Positions 53,169-62,300 of a stretch of DNA of 64,000 bases are shown one piece after another. Numbering within the stretch: the stretch's first letter is position 1; each line of letters opens with the position of its first letter. A program made the position numbers and the translations under genes. This DNA is from Porphyridium purpureum (lineage: Eukaryota). The stretch is taken from NCBI GenBank assembly GCA_008690995.1, contig VRMN01000008.1, forward strand, positions 682,001 through 746,000, in the 5' to 3' direction. The notes under the pieces were generated by a model. The model saw nothing but the letters and a program-made list of their open reading frames with translations, searched no databases and was not told where the DNA came from.

Positions 53169-54704
53169 TTAAATCTCACCAGCCAGAATGCGCTCGCGGT
53201 AGAGCTGCATGCTACGGTTCATGTGATTAATATTGTGCAACGTGGCAAGGGACGGGCCTAGCTGCTCTGGTGCACGCATCAGGTGGTGCAGGTACGAGAG
53301 CGTAAAATCACCGCACCTCCATGCAGGGTCCTCGTCAGGATATTCGTGGCACGATTTGTATCGCCCCCGCAAAAGATTGATAACGCCCCGTCTGGTGAAA
53401 AGATTTCCGTGCCGGCCAGATCGCGTGGGAAAACACGAGTCAAATGTGTCGACACCCCACGGAATCGCTTGTTCAATGCTTTCCAGGTCAGCGATGCCGA
53501 GCAAGTGGCAGGGTTTATCGCGGGGCAGTTGCTGCATCACAAACTCGAGCAGGGTAATGAGCTCATCACGGTCCTTTCCAAGGCTGCCGCCGACTGCAAA
53601 GCCGTCAAAGGGCAGAGATGTAATGTAGTCGACGGAGCGCCGCCGAAGCTCCCGATCGATACCGCCGTGGATGACGCCAAACATGGCCTGCTGGTTGATC
53701 TGATCCAAGTGCGTTCGCAGCGAACGCGCCTCCCATCGGTGAGTCATGGCCACGGACTTTTCCAGGGCTTCTCGCGAAATGTGGTAAGGCGGTAACTCGT
53801 CCAGAGGAATAATGATATCGGCTCCGAATGCCTTTTGCGCGAGCACCGAGTTTTCTGGCGTGATGATCATGAGGCGATTGTCACGGTACGAACGTATTCT
53901 CGCGCCGTACTCGTTCACGCCCTCCAGCAACGGCTTTTTGTATTTTGACTTTCCGGACTTCATATTGATTTCGGAATGCACCGAGCCGTGATTGAGTGAA
54001 AAGATCTGAAAGCCTCCAGAGTCCGTGATGATGGGCATCTGCCGATTCATGAATTTGTGCAAACCGCCGGCGGCCTGCACGACGCCTGGTCCTGGGTGGA
54101 ACAGCATGTGTAGTGTGTTTGCAAACATGAGCTGCATGCCAGCGTCGCGGTCAGCCACCCGATGATCTACACCTTTAAGCGCGGCGTTTGTTCCCACCGC
54201 AACATACCCAGGTGTGTCTACAATGCCATGTGGTGTGTGTATCCGGCCCACGCGCGCCATGGACTTTTTCGACTGGTACAGCACCTCAAACTTGAAAAAA
54301 TCTTTGGGTTCGTACGCCGGAAACTCAGACGCCGGCGGTGCGTCGGGATTTCGGCTGCCGATATATTTCCATCGATACTTTTCCGCGCGATCCTGTTTGA
54401 AAAACATGTCCATGTCAATGGGCACTTGCTGCCCATTTAATCGCAACTCGCCCTTTTCGCCATGAGTGGCCGTCTGATCAGACCCTAAACCATCTCCCTC
54501 AGCCGAACTCGCCGAATCTGGACGAGCGTCCTGCCCTGCGCGAGCCGACGGTGTCGAAAAGGAACGAGCACGGCATTCACGCGCATCTCGCGAAAAACGA
54601 GCCGGCACGCGCGTGTCGCTGGCAAATCTTTGTTGGTACACGACTGCGATGCAGGAGGATGAGCCGCCCACATGGCGCATGTGGTGCATGCGACGGATCA
54701 TCAT
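53169..54704 (-). CDS. tgt: Queuine tRNA-ribosyltransferase (TGT), Chlamydiae-like, with N-terminal presequence
   Basis: ARVGRIHTPHG, TDSGGFQIFSL, GADIIIPLDE, GVIHGG, HLLGI, GVDTFDS, LHN. First ATG at 54704. Confidence 0.93.
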   Translation of the reverse strand: MMIRRMHHMRHVGGSSSCIAVVYQQRFASDTRVPARFSRDARECRARSFSTPSARAGQDARPDSASSAEGDGLGSDQTATHGEKGELRLNGQQVPIDMDMFFKQDRAEKYRWKYIGSRNPDAPPASEFPAYEPKDFFKFEVLYQSKKSMARVGRIHTPHGIVDTPGYVAVGTNAALKGVDHRVADRDAGMQLMFANTLHMLFHPGPGVVQAAGGLHKFMNRQMPIITDSGGFQIFSLNHGSVHSEINMKSGKSKYKKPLLEGVNEYGARIRSYRDNRLMIITPENSVLAQKAFGADIIIPLDELPPYHISREALEKSVAMTHRWEARSLRTHLDQINQQAMFGVIHGGIDRELRRRSVDYITSLPFDGFAVGGSLGKDRDELITLLEFVMQQLPRDKPCHLLGIADLESIEQAIPWGVDTFDSCFPTRSGRHGNLFTRRGVINLLRGRYKSCHEYPDEDPAWRCGDFTLSYLHHLMRAPEQLGPSLATLHNINHMNRSMQLYRERILAGEI

Positions 54705-54853
54705 TGCAATCCGACGTACATGTGCACAAGCGCGGACCAAGTCAATGCATGTCTCGCCACCACCACTACCGTTGTTGTCGTCGTCGTCGTCGTCCACTTC
54801 GCTCTCGCAATCGCCGACCACGCAAACGCAGCTTCAAACCAGATTTGATGAAA

Positions 54854-54900
54854 CGGCTTATCGGCTTATCGACTTATCGGCTTATCGGCTTATCGGCTTA
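54854..54900. repeat. ~6 x 8-bp tandem array CGGCTTAT (GATAAG on the minus strand)
   Basis: CGGCTTAT CGGCTTAT CGACTTAT CGGCTTAT CGGCTTAT CGGCTTA, between divergent tgt and nusG. Confidence 0.9.
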
Positions 54901-54984
54901 ATGGTTTATTGGTCTACCCTAACGGCTCCATTTCAAGAGTGGCGCGGCGCGTGTGCGGGAGGCGCACGGTCGCGCGCGTGACGC

Positions 54985-56559
54985 ATGCTGCGGGGCGGCA
55001 GTCAGTGGGCGGCGGCGGCATTGCGTGGTGTGTCTGCGGAGAGCGAGCTAGGGCCAGCGGACGTGATGGATATGTACACTTCCCGGGACGCGGCGGACAC
55101 AGGGACGCGAGGCGTGCGCGCCGGTCTGAATGCTTGGGTTAGCACTGTCGGAGTTTCGCTCGTCGACGCGAACGCGCATGTGCCGTGTAGTAGCCGCATC
55201 GCGCGCGTGCGCCAGTGTTCGACGCACGGGCGCTTTGCGGCGGCGGTTGTGGTGCGAAGGAGTCGGGTTGCCGTAGTAACGAGCGCAGAGGTGGACGGCG
55301 GGCGTGCGCGAGGACATGATGCGAGTGACATGGAGTCCTCCGACCATGATGGGGCGGCGCGTCCAGAAGGCGCGGAATCGACACACGATGGAAATGCATT
55401 CAGCGGGCTCGAAGGGCAAGACGACGGAATGGCCCGCAAGCAGGATGAGATGATGATGGTGTATAGCGTCGGAGACCAGCAGGGTGCGTCGGACTTTGAC
55501 GCCGCATTATTTGATTCCGTGCTCAGCGAGAATCTGGACGTGCTTGATGACGACCTTGCGCTCAAGGCCCGAGCACCAAGTCAGCAGAGAGACCGGGCAG
55601 CTCTTGAGGAGTCAGAACCTGCTCAAGAAGAGCCGTCTTTAGAGGTCGCGGCGGAAGATGCGGAGAAACAGAGCGCGGAGCGGCACGTGACCGCAACACA
55701 GAGCGGGGATGCCGACGACGCTCAGGCAGACTCGGACGACGAGTTCGCGGCCCAGACGGGCGCTTTTTCGCTGGACCCGAATCAGAAAAAGTCCCGTCCG
55801 TCGGGTAAAGCCACGAGTAAGTCTGGCAAAGAGAAAGTGCCGAAAAGGAAGGCGACCACGACAACATCCAAGGCCAAGGCTAAGAAAGCCGCCTCGCTCA
55901 TTCTGCCCGACGACCCCGAGATTAAAAAGGCCGGCGGATCAGATAGTGGTGATCAGTTTGAGGAGATTTCGCCGCAGTGGTACTTTGTGCAGGTGAAGTA
56001 CGCTTGCGAGTTTTCCGTCAAGACGTCAATCGAGAACATGATGGTAAACGACCCGCTGGTCGGACAGCGGCTCAAGGATGTCATTGTGCCGACAAAGCGC
56101 GTCATGAAGTATAACAAGCGGGGTAACCCAACGCAGTCCAATGAGTTGCTGTTTCCCAACTATGTGATCATCTTTCTTTCAATGACACGACATTGTTACC
56201 AGGAGATCCTCAACGTGCCACACGTGCAGTACTTTGTGGGCGACCAGAACCGCGAAAAGATCAGCCAGAGCAAGGATGGGTGGAAACCACCGCCTCCACT
56301 TCCCAAGGAAGAGATTGAGGCCATTTTCGAAAAAATTCAGGCCTCCGCTCTGAACTCGCCCGAAATCGTGCTCAGCTTTCAGCCCGGCGAGCTCATTGAA
56401 GTCAAGGACGGTCCGTTCCAGGGCAATGACGCACGTGTCACGCACGTTGACAGCGAGGCTGGAGTCGTGGACGTCCAGTTGCTCATCTTTGGCATGGAAA
56501 GCCCCATCCAGCTCGCACTGAAGAGCTGCATGAAAAAGCAATTTGTCGAAGGTTCGTAG
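54985..56559 (+). CDS. nusG: Nucleus-encoded organellar (probably plastid) NusG transcription factor
   Basis: NGN domain (WYFVQV, VIVPT, LFPNYV, VQYFVG) and KOW domain (FQPGELIEVKDGPFQG, LLIFG) after a long acidic extension. Start uncertain. Confidence 0.85.
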   Translation: MLRGGSQWAAAALRGVSAESELGPADVMDMYTSRDAADTGTRGVRAGLNAWVSTVGVSLVDANAHVPCSSRIARVRQCSTHGRFAAAVVVRRSRVAVVTSAEVDGGRARGHDASDMESSDHDGAARPEGAESTHDGNAFSGLEGQDDGMARKQDEMMMVYSVGDQQGASDFDAALFDSVLSENLDVLDDDLALKARAPSQQRDRAALEESEPAQEEPSLEVAAEDAEKQSAERHVTATQSGDADDAQADSDDEFAAQTGAFSLDPNQKKSRPSGKATSKSGKEKVPKRKATTTTSKAKAKKAASLILPDDPEIKKAGGSDSGDQFEEISPQWYFVQVKYACEFSVKTSIENMMVNDPLVGQRLKDVIVPTKRVMKYNKRGNPTQSNELLFPNYVIIFLSMTRHCYQEILNVPHVQYFVGDQNREKISQSKDGWKPPPPLPKEEIEAIFEKIQASALNSPEIVLSFQPGELIEVKDGPFQGNDARVTHVDSEAGVVDVQLLIFGMESPIQLALKSCMKKQFVEGS

Positions 56560-56704
56560 ACGAAGTTGAATATATTAAAAAGAAAAAGGAGGAAAGAGAA
56601 ACGGCGCTCACGATTTCACTGGCGGGCAGAGAGCAAAATACGGGGCCGCTGGCTGGCTTTGACACCAACGACGCCAGGAACAGAGGTGGGATTCTTGTAT
56701 ACAT

Positions 56705-58573
56705 ATGAAGTCCTCGCTGGAAGGTAGGAGTAGTGCGCAGGAGACAAGACAGCAACGACGCAGCAGCCGGACATGTACGACTGATGTCACGGATGACCTT
56801 GCGGCCGAGGTCGGCTCAGATGGTCACCGCGGAGCGCTTTCTGATGGTAGCCGTAAGTCCGTGACGGCTGGAGCTCTGAAGGCAGACAAGGTGATGCCGC
56901 GGCACTTGGGATTCGTTGCCTCGCAGCCCGAGTCCTGGGATGTGTTGCTGGCCACCGAGACAAGGGATATCCTGGATCTCGTGAGTCCGTCGGCCACTGA
57001 TAAAGAGACCCATGCCACCGCTCAGATACGCCGTGACCAGAAGAAGAAGATGAAGATGATAGACGGCGACAACGATGACGTGCTAAATTTTCCTCCAGAG
57101 CAGAAAGGAGAGCGGCGGGAGAAGACCCGAGCGGATGAGAAAGATCTAGGTGATGCGGTTGGAACAGATACCAGCACCACATGTAGGGAGGCGGAGGAGA
57201 AGATCGATATCATTTCCATGTCCGAGCTGGTTTACAGCCGAAACAAGAGTGAGGACCATCGCAAGGACGACATGGGCGCTTCTGGTACAGCAATACCAGC
57301 AACCACGCTTTGGAAAAGATTCAAACGCGCAGTATCGAAGCAAGTTGGCAATAGCATCACTGCCAGGATGATGGTGGGCAAAAATGATGGGCCCCCGGGA
57401 GCTGGTGCTTCGGATACCACGGCTGTTCAGCCGATGAAGGAGATTGACAACAATGTGCACGACGAAAATGGTCCATCTCCTACAAGCAGGGGCCAAGTGG
57501 ATCCAAGCCGAACGATGCCGGATAGTATTTGGGCACTGACCGAACGCGTCGAAGCAACTCATCGCAAAAAGCTGGAAACCGCGCTTTGCCGGCCATTTGT
57601 GTCATTGGATGAATTGCAGGGCTTGCTTTGGGCAGGGGCGTCGTTTGAGCAGCGCGCATCGTTGTGGAAATTTGCGCTGCAATATGTGCCGTGCAAAGCG
57701 AGCCGTAGAGCGAGCGTGACGCAGCGAAAGCAACAGGAATACTGCGCAATCCGGGCCGAGACACAGACCGAGCTGCTCTTGCTTGACAAGGCGTTGAAGC
57801 AAATACGCAAAGACTTACCGCGCTGTCTGCCCAATTTGCCCTTTTTGCGCGGCGAGAGAGTGCAGGCGCTCCAGACCAACGTATTACTCGCGTGGGCGAA
57901 ACGGCACCCGCTCATCTCTTACGTGCAGGGCATGAACGATCTTTTGGTACCGTTTCTCATGGCGTTTGGCGCAGAGTGCCTTTCCGACGCGGACACGCGA
58001 GTTGACACCCAGATGGGCGCATTCTTTGAAACATCGGACAGTAGTGTGGCGTTCGAGCAATCTCTCGAGTCGGCTTCTGCCCGCGATCGGCTCGAGAGCG
58101 AGTGCTACCACTGCATGGGTTCTTTGCTAGATCTATTCCATAATCACTATACCACCGATCAAGAGGGTATCCAGGTGCAAGTTCTGGGACTTGAGCAAGT
58201 CCTGCAATTTGGCGACTTGGAGCTATCCACCCACTTGCATAGTTTTGACGACCTGCGCACGATTCAGTACGCATGGCGTTGGATACATGGCCTCTTTCTG
58301 CGCGACTTTGCGCTGCCCATTGCCATCCGCTTCTGGGACGCGCTGCTTTCGCAAGACCGTGCTGCGGCGTCGTTTCCGTTGTACCTTGGCGCCGCCGTGT
58401 TGCACAATTTTCGCGGGGAGATTCTGGCACTATCCTCATTCGAGCGCGTGCTCGCGTTCTTGCAGACCGGTATTGGACACCATCGCAAATGGCTTCAAGT
58501 CCCGACCCTGCTGGAAGAGGTGCTTGCATGTGCGTACTTGTTTTCCAGACAATTCCCGCTGGACCTGCCGTGA
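56705..58573 (+). CDS. TBC-domain Rab GAP (Gyp1/TBC1D22-like)
   Basis: QIRKDLPR (Arg finger), YVQGMNDLLVPF (Gln finger), QYAWRW, RFWDALL. Confidence 0.92.
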   Translation: MKSSLEGRSSAQETRQQRRSSRTCTTDVTDDLAAEVGSDGHRGALSDGSRKSVTAGALKADKVMPRHLGFVASQPESWDVLLATETRDILDLVSPSATDKETHATAQIRRDQKKKMKMIDGDNDDVLNFPPEQKGERREKTRADEKDLGDAVGTDTSTTCREAEEKIDIISMSELVYSRNKSEDHRKDDMGASGTAIPATTLWKRFKRAVSKQVGNSITARMMVGKNDGPPGAGASDTTAVQPMKEIDNNVHDENGPSPTSRGQVDPSRTMPDSIWALTERVEATHRKKLETALCRPFVSLDELQGLLWAGASFEQRASLWKFALQYVPCKASRRASVTQRKQQEYCAIRAETQTELLLLDKALKQIRKDLPRCLPNLPFLRGERVQALQTNVLLAWAKRHPLISYVQGMNDLLVPFLMAFGAECLSDADTRVDTQMGAFFETSDSSVAFEQSLESASARDRLESECYHCMGSLLDLFHNHYTTDQEGIQVQVLGLEQVLQFGDLELSTHLHSFDDLRTIQYAWRWIHGLFLRDFALPIAIRFWDALLSQDRAAASFPLYLGAAVLHNFRGEILALSSFERVLAFLQTGIGHHRKWLQVPTLLEEVLACAYLFSRQFPLDLP

Positions 58574-58914
58574 TTCGAGCTGCCACGCCGACGCGTCAAC
58601 GGCAGCCGAATTGGCAAACGAAGAAAAAAAAGAAGGGTCACATATCGCGCGGGCTCAGATGACTTGCAGAAGTATCAGAGACACAGGCGCGACAAGTGCA
58701 GCGCACACAAACGCAGTCTCGGCTGCCATCGCTGCCGCCAGACCTGCATCTGCGCGAGACTGCGGTGCGACTGGAGTACAGCTGAGCACGTGCTGGGTAC
58801 AGTATTGACTGGTGCGGGCTGATGTACACTTAGGTACAGTGAATCGCCAGCGAGGCCGCTGCGGCTGCGTGGCGCGCGGGGGGGCAGGGCCGACGGTGTG
58901 AGAGGGGGCGAGGG

Positions 58915-58931
58915 GTGTGTGTGTGTGTGTG

Positions 58932-58962
<31 letters not shown>
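58915..58962. repeat. Compound (GT)n(GA)n microsatellite upstream of eIF6
   Basis: Seen directly. Confidence 0.9.
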
Positions 58963-58967
<5 letters not shown>

Positions 58968-59210
58968 GAGGAAACACTGCGGAGAGAGTGGTGTGCTGTC
59001 ATCGCTGGGCTATCAAACAACTGGACAAGAGCCGCGTGAACACTTTCGCAATATTGGATTGGCGGTGCTGCAGCAAGCGTGACATTTGGTGGTCTGGCTC
59101 GTGGCAGTCGAGGCTCGTCGTGCTCCTGGAAACCGTGCGTTGTGGCGTGCGTGAGCGGGGAGGGTTAGCGCGCGCCGTCGAAGTACGAGGTGAAAGAGGG
59201 CGCGTGCAAG

Positions 59211-59951
59211 ATGGCGGTCAGGTGCCAGTTTGAGAACAGCAACGAGGTGGGCGTGTTCTCGTTGCTCACAAATCGGTACTGCATCGTCGCGCCAGGTGGG
59301 AGCGAGAATTTTTACTCTGTGTTCGAGGCAGAGTTGGCGGACCACATTCCAGTGGTGCACGCGTCAATTGCGGGCTGTCGGATTGTGGGGCGGATGGCCG
59401 TCGGAAATAAGAACGGGCTGCTGCTACCGAGCACGTGCTCAGACCAGGAGATGTTGCACATTAAGAATGCATTGCCAGACGACGTCGTCGTGCAACGCAT
59501 CGAAGAGCGACTTTCTGCACTGGGTAATTGCATTGCATCGAATGACTATGTGGCGCTTATCCATACCGACTTGGATAGGGAGTCAGAAGAGCTTGTCGCG
59601 GATGTGCTCGGGGTCGAGGTGTTCCGGCACTCTATTGCCGGTGAGGCGCTGGTCGGCTCGTATTGCAAGTTTACGAATCAGGGCGGCATCGTCCACCCGA
59701 TGGCAAATGTAGAGCACCAGGACGAACTGTCAAGTCTGCTGCAAGTGCCGCTTGTTGCCGCAACCGTCAATCGCGGAAGCGAGGTGGTCGGAGCGGGCAT
59801 GGTGGCCAATGATTGGGCGGCGTTTTGCGGCCTGGACACAACGAGTACGGAGATGAGCGTCATCGAGTCTGTATTTAAGCTGCGAAGCGCAAAGCAGAGC
59901 GCCATACTGGGAGATTTGCGTACATCCATTATCGACTCGCTGGCTACATAG
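59211..59951 (+). CDS. EIF6: Eukaryotic translation initiation factor 6
   Basis: [51 protein letters not shown]. Confidence 0.98.
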   Translation: MAVRCQFENSNEVGVFSLLTNRYCIVAPGGSENFYSVFEAELADHIPVVHASIAGCRIVGRMAVGNKNGLLLPSTCSDQEMLHIKNALPDDVVVQRIEERLSALGNCIASNDYVALIHTDLDRESEELVADVLGVEVFRHSIAGEALVGSYCKFTNQGGIVHPMANVEHQDELSSLLQVPLVAATVNRGSEVVGAGMVANDWAAFCGLDTTSTEMSVIESVFKLRSAKQSAILGDLRTSIIDSLAT

Positions 59952-60161
59952 TCTCCGGATCATCGAGGAGCCGTGTATTCTCGGAAACACCATCGATATG
60001 GTTTCTTGTACATTTTTGTGCTTATGAATTTGGTGCGCGGCGTACGACCTGGTCGTCACGGGTTCTGAATCCCTGCTGTCTCCAGGCAACTGACGCCGCG
60101 TAAGATTAGGATGCTTTAATAATACAAGAAGCGAGCATGACGGACGCAGGGGCCGCCTGTC

Positions 60162-60737
60162 TCACATACGTACTAATCCATTCGTCGCAATATGGGACCT
60201 GGCCTTTCTGAAGGGCTGACTCACAGGCATGCCATCCTCCCATGGCACGTTGCAAAAGCCAGCCAGAATTTCGATATTTGCCATCTTTTGCAGCGCCGCC
60301 GTTGTGCGAGTCAATTGCCCGGCACGAAAGACGCACAAGGTCCCTGAGGGGTTTTGGCGGATGCCGGCGACGCTGCCGCTCTTTTCGCTCGACACCAAGC
60401 CGCATGGCGCAAAGGAAACCTCAGCCTCGCTTCCTGTGTCAGATTCACATGCGTCATTGTCAATCTCTCCTTCGTCCTCTTCTGGAATCGTTTCAAGCGC
60501 CCTGCCGGCCTTTTGCAAAAACCTGAATCTTTCCCTCGCGCTGAGCGGACTGGGCACGCTGTCTTCCCACGTATCGAAAACACGGTGCCGCTTTTCGATG
60601 GAAGGCTCATCTTGCAGCCATGTTTCCATGCGCAGCTCGACCTGGAGGTTCACATGCTTCATGCGCTTCAAAAACGACAAAGCGGCAAAATCCACTTCGC
60701 TCCTCAGTTTTTTCATAAGCCCTGCGACATCAATCAT
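60162..60737 (-). CDS. Hypothetical protein
   Basis: Open frame from MIDVAGL with coding-like acidic segments (LETIPEEDEGE); no family recognised. Confidence 0.45.
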   Translation of the reverse strand: MIDVAGLMKKLRSEVDFAALSFLKRMKHVNLQVELRMETWLQDEPSIEKRHRVFDTWEDSVPSPLSARERFRFLQKAGRALETIPEEDEGEIDNDACESDTGSEAEVSFAPCGLVSSEKSGSVAGIRQNPSGTLCVFRAGQLTRTTAALQKMANIEILAGFCNVPWEDGMPVSQPFRKARSHIATNGLVRM

Positions 60738-61841
60738 CGTTCCTTTTCGTTGGCCTGGTTTCCTCGTCTCCGTGTCTGCGCTCCTCGCGTCTGTTGTTGG
60801 CAAAATTTGATTGAAGGCCGAGCACAGGCGTGGCGAACCGGACGATAGCGCCAGCCTGTGCGAGGCGCGCGCCGTGCTAAATACCTGTTCGCCACGTAGT
60901 GTGGACTGTGGATCTTACGGTGCAGCTCCCGCTGTAAAAATCTGCTTGTGTCGTGTGGGACGCACGAGCCGCCAGACGAACGTAGGGGTACAAGTTGCTG
61001 CTCATGAAAGCAGAAATCCAATGCGCGGACGATCGACGCAGGTGCCTAGTTGCCAAACATCCGTGCAGGACGCACGAAGCGTCGGACGGACCTTGTTTGT
61101 AGTCCCCGCTGCGCTTTCCGAGCTGGACAAAAAACTGCGCAGGCATGCGAGACCGGCAGCTGGAATATGATGCGTGCTACGTCTTTGCGCGCGCTCGGTC
61201 TCCCCACACGACATGGCTCGGTACTGCGGTGCGTGCGCAAGGCACGAGGCACCACACCGCGCGACGCCGCGTCCGTGTCACCATGGTCCGCCGCGTGCGC
61301 CGAGTGCGACGAGACGCCAAGGACGACGAGCTGCAAGCTCGGTCCTTCGACTTGCACGTGCGTGTGTGCGCAGTCGCCTGTCGCTTGTCCCTGTGGAGTG
61401 CAACTTGCCTGCTATACTCGGCGCAGATCATGCGACCTCCACGTCAGCTAGCGTCTCCCGCCCCCAGCCGCCAATAAAGAGGTACAGTAAACCCACGCCC
61501 TACTAAACAAGCGCGATGTGTTAGGATGAGAAGGAGGTACAGTTTGAAGGAGAGCGTGCGCTTTTTGTTTACACGTGCGGCGTGCCGGGTGAGCGCCGTG
61601 CACGCCCGCGCGCATGGAAGCAGCCAACTCACACGCGCCGCAACGGTTTGCACTGACCTCAACGTGTCAATGGCCAGTGCGATGAACAAAGATGATCCGG
61701 CACGCGTCTACTCGTCACCACCGTCGATCTTTGAGCGACCGCGCTCGGTCTGCGCGCGGCTCGTTGGTTCGGAATTGGATGAACGACGGCTGTGTTGCTC
61801 GCCCTTGCCCACGCTCACCACGCAAGGCGTAGGCCCAACCA

Positions 61842-61870
61842 ACACACACACACACACACACACACACACA
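61842..61870. repeat. (CA)n microsatellite
   Basis: Seen directly. Confidence 0.9.
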
Positions 61871-62300
61871 TCGCAAACAGGTGGAACTTGGCGTCGCACA
61901 CAGCATGCGTCTTCGCGGCGTCACGTAGAGAACAAGCGTTCTCGCCTTGGTGAGCAAGCTCATTCTCACACAGCACGCGCGTCTAATGCGCATGCTCGGC
62001 GGCATGTGCCTTTCGTAAACGTGGACGGCTGTCTGCGAAACGGAAGGAGAGAGAAAGGGGTATTCGCGCAACTCGCTCCGCAACGCAGCCTGATCCCAAC
62101 CCCACTGGAATCCCAGCCACGCAGGCGCTATTGATTCCTTGGTCCAGCCAACACCACAGCACCTGAACACTGCATTAGGTTTCGCCACGCAACAGAGTCA
62201 GCCATTGCGTCGAGCCCTACCAGATTGTTTCCCCCTCGTGCTCGCCGCTCAAGCCTCTGCTTCTGTGCTGCCGACGCTCTTTGCGTCTTGATTACGGCTC

